DNA of 63,640 nt, the filler included, from Octopus bimaculoides (Eukaryota), in the NCBI RefSeq assembly GCF_001194135.2. It is 5 parts of 4 records of this genome, joined end to end, with 100 filler letters (N's around TTAATTAATTAA, not from the genome) between each part and the next. Parts side by side here need not be neighbours in the genome. Positions count along the whole stretch, not along the records: positions 16,080 to 42,006 come from NC_068998.1; positions 42,107 to 51,842 come from NC_069004.1; 3 more parts are not named here. One strand, 5' to 3'. The notes below the pieces were generated by a model. It was not told where the DNA came from and did not search any database. It saw nothing but the letters and a program-made list of their open reading frames with translations. A program made the position numbers and the translations under genes. Of the stretch, positions 35,907 through 48,873 are shown one piece after another. Numbering within the stretch: the first letter of the stretch is position 1; each line of letters starts with the position of its first letter.

Positions 35907-38219
35907 CATCTGTATGTATATATGTATAGACATATGAATATATATGAATATATTTATGAATAAATATATTCTCACAAATTCATATGTATGCACACACACA
36001 TACACGCAAACATATACGTATGTATGCTTCCATACTTATGGGCCCAAAATTTACATACGTAATAATGTGATATATACCGTTAGGTTAAATGTTTTCCACC
36101 TTATGTCACAAGTTTAGATTGCAAACTCCTGAATAATCGCGTGTTTAGACATAGTATATTGTATTTTCCATTGCAAAACTACTTCGTTTTCGATTGCTTT
36201 TCCTGTTGGAGTCGCTGGGGGTTTTAGTTTTATTGCAGTAACACTCAATCATAACAGCGTAGACTTTCTCTCTCAAATAAAATATTCAAATAGATTTATA
36301 AATTTGTTCTTCGTATACTTTACAAACACAATGTGGAAATCAGTGATAAAAAATAGTATTTGCATATAAAACCTAATGTTGTTTCGATACACACAGCAAA
36401 TTATATATGCACACATATACATAACCATACATCTTTACATTATATACACACACACATTCACACGTATATATGCGTATATATATATACACACACACACATA
36501 TANNNNNNNNNNNNNNNNNNNNNNNNNNNNNNNNNNNNNNNNNNNNNNNNNNNNNNNNNNNNNNNNNNNNNNNNNNNNNNNNNNNNNNNNNNNNNNNNNN
36601 NNNNNNNNNNNNNNNNNNNNNNNNNNNNNNNNNNNNNNNNNNNNNNNNNNNNNNNNNNNNNNNNNNNNNNNNNNNNNNNNNNNNNNNNNNNNNNNNNNNN
36701 NNNNNNNNNNNNNNNNNNNNNNNNNNNNNNNNNNNNNNNNNNNNNNNNNNNNNNNNNNNNNNNNNNNNNNNNNNNNNNNNNNNNNNNNNNNNNNNNNNNN
36801 NNNNNNNNNNNNNNNNNNNNNNNNNNNNNNNNNNNNNNNNNNNNNNNNNNNNNNNNNNNNNNNNNNNNNNNNNNNNNNNNNNNNNNNNNNNNNNNNNNNN
36901 NNNNNNNNNNNNNNNNNNNNNNNNNNNNNNNNNNNNNNNNNNNNNNNNNNNNNNNNNNNNNNNNNNNNNNNNNNNNNNNNNNNNNNNNNNNNNNNNNNNN
37001 NNNNNNNNNNNNNNNNNNNNNNNNNNNNNNNNNNNNNNNNNNNNNNNNNNNNNNNNNNNNNNNNNNNNNNNNNNNNNNNNNNNNNNNNATTCCGCCGGTT
37101 TCAACTTTGATTTTTATCCTTTCGGGGTCGATAAAATAAGTATTACTAGATCACTTGGGTCGATGTAGTCGGGTTAGCCTCTCCCACGAAATTCATAACA
37201 TTGTGCCCAAATATAAAACCAATGTTTAGTTAAGTACCGAGTTCAAATCCCACCGATGGCAGTTTTAAGCTATTAAATTAAGTAGCAGTTAATTACTTAG
37301 TTATTGTTTTTTTCAGTGTATTTTATCGTAGCTAGTGTAAGATGTATGTATTACTTTGAGTGATGGGAAAATGTCAACGATATTCCCAGCGCTAAATGTC
37401 TACAGCCCACTGTTAGCATACTTAAAACTGGCCACTCTCTGTTTTATCCCCCTATTTCGTCTAGCATTATTACAACCGTCCCATAAGCCAACGAAGAGAC
37501 AGAATCGTTAGCACGCCGGTTAAAATGCTTCACGACCTTTAGACCGTCTTTACATTCTGAATTCAAATTCCGACGTGGTTGACTTTGTCTTTCATCCTTT
37601 CGGGGTCGATAAAATAAGTAACAGTTCAACACTGACTCGATGTAATCGACTTAACATCTTCCCCCAAGGCCAACATTTGAAACCTTCATTACGGCCGTTT
37701 TTACTTTGCAGAACTCGCTAAAGGCAATCACATCCTTGGTCATCATCCACTTTATTTCACTTGCAGCCTCGCAACTACCTGATTAATGATTTATTTAATG
37801 ATTTAATTACTTTAATTGATGTTAACATTATCTGAACTCCGACCAAAATCGATGGGATACAAAACGGGTTTCAAATTTTGCTACAAGGGCAGCCGTTTGT
37901 GAGGCGAGGATGTGTCGATTACATCAACCCGTCTCAACTGGTACTTATTTTATCGACTCGGAAAGGATGAAAGGCAAAGTCCACCTCAGCGGAATTCGAA
38001 CTCAGCACGTAGCAGCAGACGAAATACCGCTAAGAATTTCGCCCGCCGTGCTATCGATTCTGCCAGCTCGTTGCTTTTCGTGGGTTTACAATAATACTTC
38101 AACAAATGAATGATTTAAAACTATGTTTGAAAACTGGAACAGCATTTCCAACTTCTGTTACATTTCTATTTCATCTTAAGAAGATCAACTGACACAACAA
38201 ATGAAACATCTACAGCATA

Positions 38220-38580
38220 TTTTATCTTTTACTAGTTTTAGTCATTAGACTACGGCCATGCTGGAGCACATCCTTGAATCTTTAGTCGAATGAAGAGACC
38301 ACAGTGATTTTTTTTTAAAGCGTGGTACTTATTCTATCGGTTTCTTTTGTCGAACTGCTTGGTTATGAAATCGTAAACAGATCAACACAGGTTATCAAGT
38401 GGTAATGGAGGACAAACACATACGCGCGCGCGTGATGGGCTTCTTTCAAGTTTCCTCTACCAAATCCACTCACAAAGATTTGATCGGCAACAGACTATAG
38501 TGGAAGACACTTGCCCAAGGTGTCACGCAGTGAGACCATGTGGTTACGAATCTACCTTCTTACCACACAGCCAGTCCTGC
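38220..38580 (-). mobile_element. SINE family B (tRNA-like head, CORE-like ACCTTGGGCAAGTGTC block)
   Basis: Head TGGCTGTGTGG...GGTTC box. Other approximate copies or pieces: 15180-15590, 17940-18100, 21090-21340, 23100-23620, 27690-27880, 33240-33360, 34520-34900, 44290-44680, 63120-63200. Confidence 0.8.
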
Positions 38581-38628
38581 ATTTATTTATTTACATGTCT
38601 GGGCTGCAATGATCTACCTTAGACTTAC

Positions 38629-38806
38629 CAGTGGTTATAGCGCTAGCACTGAACTCGTTGCCATAGAGAGAATTCAGTAGCTGTCATACGCTGACCAATA
38701 TTATCATCAAGGCTTCTCCTCCGAGAGGACGATGTCGGAAAGGACGCTATTGATTTCACGTTTGACGGTGGATGACGAAAGCAATATAGTGCTGGTCGCA
38801 GCGACT
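38629..38806 (-). other. Candidate non-coding exon
   Basis: Perfect donor CTG|GTAAGT at 38629. Acceptors AATTTCCTTTAG| (38806) or GTCTTCAG| (38952). CpG-rich unique sequence with stops in all frames. Confidence 0.3.
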
Positions 38807-41610
38807 CTAAAGGAAATTCTATTTTAATTTGGTGACACTGTGCTATGACCTTTTCCCCGTCTCTTTTTGTCCTCAAGGTCAACCTTGATATTCCTGAACC
38901 GGTAGTCAGACTGGTGAATATGTGGCCAAGACTTGCTTCTAATCGTAGAGGCCTGAAGACATTTATGGAGCATATATTTATATACAAAATTATGAACAGA
39001 TCGAAATGATCATTTATTTCATTTAATTTCTCATCGAAATTTTCAGATTTGCTGCATCATTTTGATTATTCTAAATTGCTTCAGAATATGGTACATGTTC
39101 CCTATCGGTAATAGGTAACATATTCTCTGGGAAAGTTAATTTCAATTTATGCAAAATGAAAATTTGCTCTCAGTTGCTTCACATCATAAAACTGAAACGT
39201 AGCAAATGTTGCCAAAACCGTTTTTGTGTTGGACGACATCAACGTAATTTTACATCTTATAACATCATATTAGTGAAGCTGAAGCAATATGAATTGGATA
39301 CCTGGTTTAGGGATATTGTACTGTGCTAATATTGAATGACCACAAACGCTTGATCTATTCGTGAATAGTTTTACCTTTTATTTAAAGCATGATTTAAATA
39401 CATGGGTTCGGGTTACTGTATTCAACTAAAATTGAAATAATCCAAACACTTTTTCAAGTCGATAATTGAAATAATTGTGTATCTAAATCAGTTAATTCAT
39501 GGTCTTCATACCGGGGTTAGGTAATGTGCAGTGTGCTAAGACTGATTTCAAATTTCAAATTTTGGCACAAGGCCAGCAATTTCGGTAGCGCGTGGTGGGT
39601 GGGGGAGGGATTCTATTACATCGACTTCAGTGCTGAAATGATGAAAGGCAAAGTCAACCTCGATTAGAATGTGAAGGAAGATGTAATGCCGCTAAACTTT
39701 TCGCCCGGCACAGAGTGCTAATATTGTGAGAATGCGTACACTTGGCATTAGTCGATGTATTTAAATCTTTTATTTAAAGAACGACTTAAATATCTTGGTC
39801 AGGGAGAGAAGGAACTTTGCTAATAAAAACAGTTGGTGCTATTAGATGCAACTTACTGAAGCTTGAAGAAACCGAATTTACAAATCAATCATCGGTATTA
39901 CGTTTTAGCATTTAGGAAAATCATACTAATAGCCGACTCTGTGATTGATAATGGAACACTCAATCACTTGGGTAATCTTCAAGTGTATTCGATTAGAACT
40001 AAAATAAATAAATGTTTGCCTTTAGAACGAAACATGATGTAACGTATTTATTCAACTAAATAAGTCTTCTGTGGCAATTTCTCTTGCCATGTTGTTCGAG
40101 CAGAATACTCAACTGATTTCAATAACTATGTTTTATTTTTGTATTTTGCTTTCTTCTCGTTAATATTTAAGTTATATGCAAGAACTGCAGTATTTCAATA
40201 TTAAAATAAACAATAAAATAATTCGTACAAGATATATACGCGCTTAAAATGAAAGAATATAAAACATGGAAGATATAGATTCCTTCAAGCTTGAAGAAAC
40301 GTGAAGGATTGTCGTACGAACAGTTCTGATTTGATGAATATATGTTACTTTACGGAACATTTAGCATTTGGTAACATGTCGTTGCGTAAACTGTCCAACA
40401 AATTTGCAGAATTGTTGTTATTAGATGCAATAAAGTTACGTATTTCAGCCACCTGTGGGGCACAAGGAAAAACCAATATTATCTCATATTTAGTGTCATG
40501 GCTAACACACTCGCTGCCGCACATCTACTGAGATGCCCCTGCAGACATTCTCATATAAATGTAAATCTTGATGCATATTTGTGTAATATAAACATGAATG
40601 CATGCATCTTTGTATGTAAGAATGTATATATATATATNNNNNNNNNNNNNNNNNNNNNNNNNNNNNNNNNNNNNNNNNNNNNNNNNNNNNNNNNNNNNNN
40701 NNNNNNNNNNNNNNNNNNNNNNNNNNNNNNNNNNNNNNNNNNNNNNNNNNNNNNNNNNNNNNNNNNNNNNNNNNNNNNNNNNNNNNNNNNNNNNNNNNNN
40801 NNNNNNNNNNNNNNNNNNNNNNNNNNNNNNNNNNNNNNNNNNNNNNNNNNNNNNNNNNNNNNNNNNNNNNNNNNNNNNNNNNNNNNNNNNNNNNNNNNNN
40901 NNNNNNNNNNNNNNNNNNNNNNNNNNNNNNNNNNNNNNNNNNNNNNNNNNNNNNNNNNNNNNNNNNNNNNNNNNNNNNNNNNNNNNNNNNNNNNNNNNNN
41001 NNNNNNNNNNNNNNNNNNNNNNNNNNNNNNNNNNNNNNNNNNNNNNNNNNNNNNNNNNNNNNNNNNNNNNNNNNNNNNNNNNATATGACTGTCTGTATAT
41101 ATATATATATATATACAAAGAGGGGGAGAGAGAAAGAGAGAGAGGGAGTGTGAGAGAAATGGAGGTTGGAGATATATCACTAACGACAGTCAAGAATGTT
41201 TAGCGTTACGAAACCGTAAATAAGCCTGAACGAACACAAAGATGACTGTCTGTCAACATACAAATGTAGACAAATGATTTCCACGGTCGGTGAATTGTGA
41301 TAAATGTGTGTATATAGATATGCACAACAGAAACGCTCACAATAAGCTATGGTATTGCAGTATTCCGGTGACTTAATATTTACAGATTTAGTTTATATAC
41401 GTATACTATGTAAAAATTGCGGAACACAGTTTTTCTGATAAAGAGAGTGATTTGGCAGTGTCCAATATAGAGAAGCACAAATAATGCAAGGGATTCGTTC
41501 GAGAATCACAGGGTTTCTCGCTATTGATTGTATTATTTCCCTAAATACGCTTGCAAAAATGAATTTACACGCACACGCGCGCGCACATACACATTTACGC
41601 ACGCGCGCAC

Positions 41611-41657
<47 letters not shown>

Positions 41658-41952
41658 ACACACACAGGCACGCACGCACACTCAAAGACACACAAAACCC
41701 TGCCTGGCTGACGCCAACATAGACGCACAAATACAGTTCCATGGTTTCCTATATTCGTACATGCATACATACATACATACATACATACATGCATACATGT
41801 GTGTGTGTGTGTGCGTGTGTATGTGTGTGATTGAGTGTATATGTATTCAGACACACACATATACATGTGTATATGCACACACACCTATATATATATATGT
41901 GTATACATATAAATATATGCGTGGGTGTCTTTGTGTGTGCGTGTGTATGTGA

Positions 41953-42006
<54 letters not shown>

Positions 42007-42719
42007 NNNNNNNNNNNNNNNNNNNNNNNNNNNNNNNNNNNNNNNNNNNNTTAATTAATTAANNNNNNNNNNNNNNNNNNNNNNNNNNNNNNNNNNNNNN
42101 NNNNNNTATATATATACACATATATTACATAAATATATATAGAGAGAGAGAGATAGATAGAGAGAGAGAGCGAGTGAGAGAGAGAAAGAGGTAGGGAGCG
42201 AAAGAGAGAGGGAGAAATAGATAGAGACATAGATAGCTGTATGTATATGTATATATATTCATATAGATATATAAATAAACATGTATATGAATATAAGCGT
42301 ATAACGTCTACGTCTGTGTAGATCTATGCATGCATGTACTTTTATCAACATGTCCGTGTGCAACCGTGTGTGTGTGTGCGCGCGCGCGCGTGTGTCATTA
42401 TAACATTTAGTATAGTCACACTAAATACTATCATACATTGATTTGCCGCGAGCTCGCAGCTGAAGACTACGCAGACGTGATGTGTTTATTTATTTATTTA
42501 CTATTAGTTTATTTATTTATCTGTTTGTTAGCGTGTTTTACTTATTCGATATATTTATTTGATTCTACCAAAGTTGTGGCTACGTAATCTGCACAGTGTG
42601 TAGAAAGCATGCTGAAGGCAGAATATATACGTGTATATGTGAATGTGTATGTGTATACATACACACAAAAATGTACATACACATTGACTTATATGCAGGC
42701 ATACCTATCTATCTATCTT

Positions 42720-42774
<55 letters not shown>

Positions 42775-42938
42775 GTGTCTGTATAAATAATTCAACATTA
42801 ATCTGAAGGATTACTCAATACTTTTAAGTACATATTAAGTTTTACAAGGAAAAACTTGCCAGTTTCTTTGTCGTTTTGCCTTTCTCACCTTCATCATTCA
42901 AACACAACGTCAAGGCTTACCTTGAAAAAGTTTATATT

Positions 42939-43006
<68 letters not shown>

Positions 43007-43007
43007 T

Positions 43008-43185
43008 AGGGACAATTCACGAAAAAACAACAGACGAAGACATGTAGTGTAAACAACAAATGGATGTATTAGTATAACGCTCGGGAATAGAGGGAGTCTT
43101 TAACATTTCGAGCCTACGCTCTTCAAAAGAAAGGAACACAGAAAGAAACAAGGAGAGAAAAAATATATGTGTAGTGGTCAGCGAT
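43008..43185 (-). mobile_element. Short non-autonomous repeat carrying a decayed hammerhead-like core (43098-43134), between (GATA)n tracts
   Basis: Minus strand CTTT-CTTTTGAA-GAGC-GTAG-GCTC-GAAA-TG-TT-AAAG. Downstream CCCGAGCGT and TTGTTGTTT blocks are shared with 44685-44850. Confidence 0.55.
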
Positions 43186-43237
<52 letters not shown>

Positions 43238-43463
43238 CGTACGTACATACATACATACATACATACATACATACATACATACATACATACATACATCTTA
43301 AGTTATGTTAGGGCTTAAAGGTAGGATATTTCCAGGGAAACACGCAAGCCAAATTCTGGGCTATCAATAGCGTCAGATTCTAGACTAATACCGAAATTCT
43401 TCAAGTGTAGAAAAACCGGGTTTTGCGACTGTAAAACCGTGGAGGTAATGTTGCGAAGAGTAA

Positions 43464-43738
43464 ACTATAATCCAATTAATAAGGAGACCAACAAATCCTT
43501 TAATACATGTTTGATTATTCATTACAGTTGTTTCTGCGCCAACTCTGCTTGAAACGCCAGTTTACACAAAAATTCGAAGTGAAAAAGTGGTACAATGTAA
43601 GAGCGCAAGTCTGATGAAGTGCCACTCTCATGTCTAAAACCGCAAACATCAAGTAAATTTTCATTTCGAATTTTTGCATCAACGAATCATTAAAGATGTG
43701 TTAAAGGATTTGTTTGTTTTATTATTATTTGGACTATA
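43464..43738. mobile_element. Foldback/MITE-like element with imperfect inverted arms (second copy 59357-59530)
   Basis: 43464-43585 and 43657-43738 are reverse-complementary (right arm internally deleted). The spacer GCAAGTCTGATGAAGT.CCACTCT.ATGTCTAAAAC.GCAAAC and the full right arm recur at 59357-59530. Confidence 0.75.
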
Positions 43739-43896
43739 TTTATGTGTGTGTATGCGTGTGTGTGTGTGTGCGTGTGTGTATGCGTGTGTGTGTGTGTGCG
43801 TGTGTGTATGCGTGTGTGTGTGTGTGTATACACATATACACAACATACAAGAACAGAATGAGATAAGTGGAGCAAGAGCATACATAGAGACGAAAA

Positions 43897-43943
43897 GTGT
43901 CGCTGAAGAGGTCACAGATGTGTGACGAGAGATTTCCGGACAA
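43897..43943 (+). ncRNA. Minimal type I hammerhead ribozyme-like motif (best preserved in the window)
   Basis: TGTCG-CTGAAGA-G-GTCACA-GATG-TGTGAC-GAGA-GATTT-C-CG(G)ACA: intact CUGANGA, perfect 6-bp stem II, GAAA>GAGA, a UC cleavage triplet end and a 5-bp stem I with one bulge. Confidence 0.6.
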
Positions 43944-44109
43944 TAGACTTCAGTTAAAATAAATATAGTAATAAACGAGTGAAGAACGAATATATAGTGC
44001 GTGTGTTTATTTGGCAAAGAAAAGAAAATGACCATATTACAATATCTGTTACAACACACGATTTCACATCAGGAATCTTGCAACACAAATCCGTAAACGT
44101 ATATATATG

Positions 44110-44184
<75 letters not shown>

Positions 44185-44208
44185 ATATATGTATATATNN
44201 NNNNNNNN

Positions 44209-44251
<43 letters not shown>

Positions 44252-44684
44252 ATATATGTATATATATATATATGTATATATATATTCTTTTATTGTTTTA
44301 TTTGTTTCAGTCATTTGACTGCGGTTGTGCTTCAAAGGGTTTTTTAGTCGAAGAAATTAACCCCAGGATTATTATTTTTAAGCCTAATACGTATTCTATC
44401 GGTATCTTTCACCGAACCGCTAAGTTACAGGGACATCAAGATCGGTTGTGAAGCCATGGTGGGGCAGGGGAACAAACACAAACACAAAGACACACACAGA
44501 CATATATATATATTTATACGACGAGCTTCTTTCAGTTTCCGTCTATCGAATCCACTCAGAGGGCTTTGGTTGGCCCGAGGCTATAGTAGAAGACACTTAC
44601 CCAAGGTGCCACGCAGTGGGACTGAACCCGGAACCATGTGGTCGTGAAGCAAGTTTCTTACCACACAGCCACGCCTGCCGTCTT

Positions 44685-44850
44685 CCTTTTCTCTTGGACT
44701 TTCCCCTGTCTTCTGTTTCTGAAGAAGAGCTTTGCTCGAAGCATATCACACCCTTCCTTTCCTTCCCTGAGCGTCTTTTAATTCTTTGCATGTAACCACG
44801 TCCTCGCGTTGTTGTTTTTTCTTGTTTTTTCTTCGTTTTCTTTTATTAAT
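44685..44850 (+). mobile_element. Short repeat with hammerhead-like core (44714-44750), related to 43008-43185
   Basis: GTTT-CTGAAGA-A-GAGC-TTT-GCTC-GAAG-CAT: intact core and stem II; stems I and III decayed. Confidence 0.55.
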
Positions 44851-45578
44851 TATATGTGTGTGTGTGTGGGGGTGTGTATGCGTGTACGTAAGTATGTATA
44901 TTTATGGATATATAGATAGCTATAGCTATAGATATATAGGTTTATGCATATGTGTGTGTGTGCGTGTGTGAATGCATCTATACGCAACATATATGAGCAG
45001 TTATCTATACCTTACTGTGTATGTGAATGTGTGTACAAGGGTTAATACTCACGTGCATTTATTCTTTTATTCCTTTATTTGTTTCAGTCACTTGACTGGG
45101 GCCATACATATACATACATACATACATACNNNNNNNNNNNNNNNNNNNNNNNNNNNNNNNNNNNNNNNNNNNNNNNNNNNNNNNNNNNNNNNNNNNNNNN
45201 NNNNNNNNNNNNNNNNNNNNNNNNNNNNNNNNNNNNNNNNNNNNNNNNNNNNNNNNNNNNNNNNNNNNNNNNNNNNNNNNNNNNNNNNNNNNNNNNNNNN
45301 NNNNNNNNNNNNNNNNNNNNNNNNNNNNNNNNNNNNNNNNNNNNNNNNNNNNNNNNNCCGTTATGGCCCCCATACTAATTTAAGTTTTTATCCCCACTCT
45401 GTCCCTCAATTTAATGCTTCTAGAGAAGTAAAAAGCAACATTGAAATTTGTAGTTTTGCATCAGATATCCACCCCACTTGTAAATTAAAAAAATAGCTGA
45501 ATAAATATTTCATTTAAATAAATTTATTTACATTTACAAAGAAAAAAATATAACAATTTCAGTTTATATTGCCTGATT

Positions 45579-47306
45579 TCAATGAGATCCCTGTGACTGA
45601 TGCAGGGTTACCAACTTGTCAATGTTTGGTTTCAAAGCCGTCAGTGAGAGGCGTAAATCTCCTCTTCTTTCTATGTCAAGGCGATTTCAAGTCTTTGACA
45701 GCAGACACATCACCCGACTGAAACCTGACTCAACTAAATAAGATATAGGATAAGCGAGTAAAAGCAACTTAAGGTTTTTCCAGAGTAAGGAGTACTTTTT
45801 ATAGATCTCTTCATTCATCCACAGCTTCTGGTATCCTCCATACTTGAACCTTGCTAGAGCTGCTGTGGTATTTTGAAGTTCAATGAAGCTTTCTTGCATG
45901 TCAGTATTGACTCTAGATGGATCAACAACAAATGGATCCACAAACCACTGCGGCACCATCATTTGGAGTAGATCAGAGAAGCGAATTTTCATATCATTAT
46001 GTAACTGCTTCAAATGGTCAACATAAACTGTTAAGTCATCATCAGGCAGCCCGGTGGATATGCTTGCTAAGGAAGGAAACTGTGTAAATTCCCGTCTTCC
46101 AAGATTCAACCAGAATAACTTTTGTTTCCCATTGAAGGTTTTAATTTTCTCTTTTCAAGAAAACAGCATGGAGTTATTTCCTTGAAGTTCTTTGTTAAGG
46201 ACATTTAGCTTTTCAAGTATGTCAGACAAGTAAAAAATATCACTCTTTGCATCAACAAGTTTCTCTCCAAGTTCTGTTTCACTCAAAAAAGGGATAAGTG
46301 TCCCCAAGTGCAACCAAGCGATGCAGGCAATTACCCTTGGATAGCCATCTGACTTCAGTATGCAACACAAATCGTTCAAATTCCTCGTCTTTATTTTCAC
46401 ATAATTGCTTAAAGAGGCGATCTTGCAGTGCATTCTTTGTTATCAAGTAGACAGCTTTGATAATATAAGTGCATCATTCAAATGTCCTGCTACTTGTTTG
46501 GCAACCGGATGCTGTCGATGAAGAACACAGTACACACAAAGCACATTAGGGGCAGCTTTTTTTAAGTAAGCACTGAATCCCCGATATCTTCCGATCGTAG
46601 CAGCAGCGCCATCTGTTGCACAAGCCACAATGTTCTTCAATGGAATGTTGTTCTCTTCAAAATAGGCCAGTTTTTTGAAGATGGATTCCCTTTTTGTGTC
46701 AGTCATTAATTTCAAAGCAAAAAGCAATTCTTGACATATATCATTAACTTTAAGAAACCTAACAAATGCCATTAAAAAAAGTAGAATTATCAGGTAGAGT
46801 TGATTCATCTATTTGAAGTGAGAACTCATTTACACAAGTTTTGAAGCTAATTGGCTTTCAACATCAGTTGCCATTTCATCAATCCGTCATGTTACTGATG
46901 AGTTGCTCAGAGGAATAACGCTAGTAACCTCTTGTGGACTCTGATCCATGACTGTTGAAAGATTCACCAATGGTGTGAGGCTTACCAGCTTTTGCAATTA
47001 AATTTGCTATCTTGTGAGAAGCCAACATTCCTTTATCTACTTTTGCTGCTTTTAGAGTGAACTGTCATCCTTCCTTGAAACTCATCACGTTAACTTTTGA
47101 AGAAATCTAGTGGCTTGTCTTCCTAATCTCTATGTGCAGTGTCCAGATGTTTTTTTTTAGTTTGAAGGGACGCAAACTTCCATTTGAGAATGAAGTCTTG
47201 CATAGCAGACACATAGACATGGTAGAATTTTGTGGAGATTTAATGAATCCATAAGTAAGATATTCAACAGAATATTGTCTACACTTTTATTAAACGCACT
47301 TGCCAT
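45579..47306 (-). pseudogene. hAT-superfamily (Charlie/SPIN-like, ZBED8/SCAND3/GTF2IRD2-type) transposase, near full length, frameshifted
   Basis: BED-like N-terminus CRQYSVEYLTYGF..MCLLCK..FSN..LRPFKLKKHLDTAH, plus CATDGAA, YCVLHRQH, WLHLG, PISYLVESGFS and the terminal RNRLDI..RGDLRLSLT.LKPNIDKLV.LHQSQGSH*. Split over several frames; element ends fall in N gaps. Confidence 0.9.
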
Positions 47307-48475
47307 TTTTATCTGAAATAATAAACAAATATTTTCAAAAAAGTTGAATAAACAAGAGGTTAGTTTCTAGCGTTTTCGTCAAGGGTGAATACAGAATAAG
47401 GTAAACTGATATATCTTTTTTAGCCAAGAATAAAATTAGATCTAAAACCAAGTTTATAAAGTTAATACATTACGCAGTTAACTAAATCAAAGGCTATATT
47501 AATCAGGAAAAGCGGATTAATATTTATGCTTATAAAATGATAAAAATAACAAGACAAAAATGCATCATTCCCTTTTCAGTTGACAATCCAGAAAGAAAAT
47601 TAATTTGATGAAAAGAAACTAAATTTTAAAAATGATAGCTAAAGCGAGCGAGCTGGTAAACTTATGGCTGATTNNNNNNNNNNNNNNNNNNNNNNNNNNN
47701 NNNNNNNNNNNNNNNNNNNNNNNNNNNNNNNNNNNNNNNNNNNNNNNNNNNNNNNNNNNNNNNNNNNNNNNNNNNNNNNNNNNNNNNNNNNNNNNNNNNN
47801 NNNNNNNNNNNNNNNNNNNNNNNNNNNNNNNNNNNNNNNNNNNNNNNNNNNNNNNNNNNNNNNNNNNNNNNNNNNNNNNNNNNNNNNNNNNNNNNNNNNN
47901 NNNNNNNNNNNNNNNNNNNNNNNNNNNNNNNNNNNNNNNNNNNNNNNNNNNNNNNNNNNNNNNNNNNNNNNNNNNNNNNNNNNNNNNNNNNNNNNNNNNN
48001 NNNNNNNNNNNNNNNNNNNNNNNNNNNNNNNNNNNNNNNNNNNNNNNNNNNNNNNNNNNNNNNNNNNNNNNNNNNNNNNNNNNNNNNNNNNNNNNNNNNN
48101 NNNNNNNNNNNNNNNNNNNNNNNNNNNNNNNNNNNNNNNNNNNNNNNNNNNNNNNNNNNNNNNNNNNNNNNNNNNNNNNNNNNNNNNNNNNNNNNNNNNN
48201 NNNNNNNNNNNNNNNNNNNNNNNNNNNNNNNNNNNNNNNNNNNNNNNNNNNNNNNNNNNNNNNNNNNNNNNNNNNNNNNNNNNNNNNNNNNNNNNNNNNN
48301 NNNNNNNNNNNNNNNNNNNNNNNNNNNNNNNNNNNNNNNNNNNNNNNNNNNNNNNNNNNNNNNNNNNNNNNNNNNNNNNNNNNNNNNNNNNNNNNNNNNN
48401 NNNNNNNNNNNNNNNNNNNNNNNNNNNNNNNNNNNNNNNNNNNNNNNNNNNNNNNNNNNNNNNNNNNNNNNNNNN

Positions 48476-48873
48476 TCGAAGAGCTTGGTTGGGAAAAAAT
48501 TCCTCACCCATCTTATTCTCCCGACCTTGCCCCTTCAGACTACCATTTGTTTCGTAGTTTACAGAATCATTTGGGGGACATAACTTTCGCAAGCCAGGAA
48601 GAGGTCGAAACTGACAGTTCAGATTTCTTCGCTGTGAAACCAAAAGAGTTTTATATTGATGGGATGAAAAACCTTGTAAATAGATGGAAGGAAGTCATAG
48701 ATAATCAGGGAAAGTACATTGATGATTAAATTTCAATCAAATATAACATTTGATTACTTGTTTTCTTTATCAAAATTTTATAATATATTTTGTTATATTC
48801 TATTAAACATAGTTCAATATTAAATTTTACACTAATTAAATTAAGTATATAATACTTTTTCGGTGGCCAATTA
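48476..48873 (+). mobile_element. Mariner (DD34D) transposase C-terminus and right end; remainder in gap
   Basis: ELGWEKIPHPSYSPDLAPSDYHLFRSLQNHL...RWKEVIDNQGKYIDD* (stop at 48729) carries the YSPDLAPxDY motif. A TIR-like ACTTTTTCGGTGGCCAATTA lies near 48854-48873. Confidence 0.9.

Noticed and set aside
40430-40480. Minus-strand 13-nt micro-exon (CCCCACAG|GTGGCTGAAATAC|GTAACT)
   Set aside because: Weak donor, and no supporting neighbours.
42706-43236. Inverted (TCTA)n/(GATA)n tracts as a functional hairpin
   Set aside because: These microsatellites are common enough here that opposed pairs are expected by chance.
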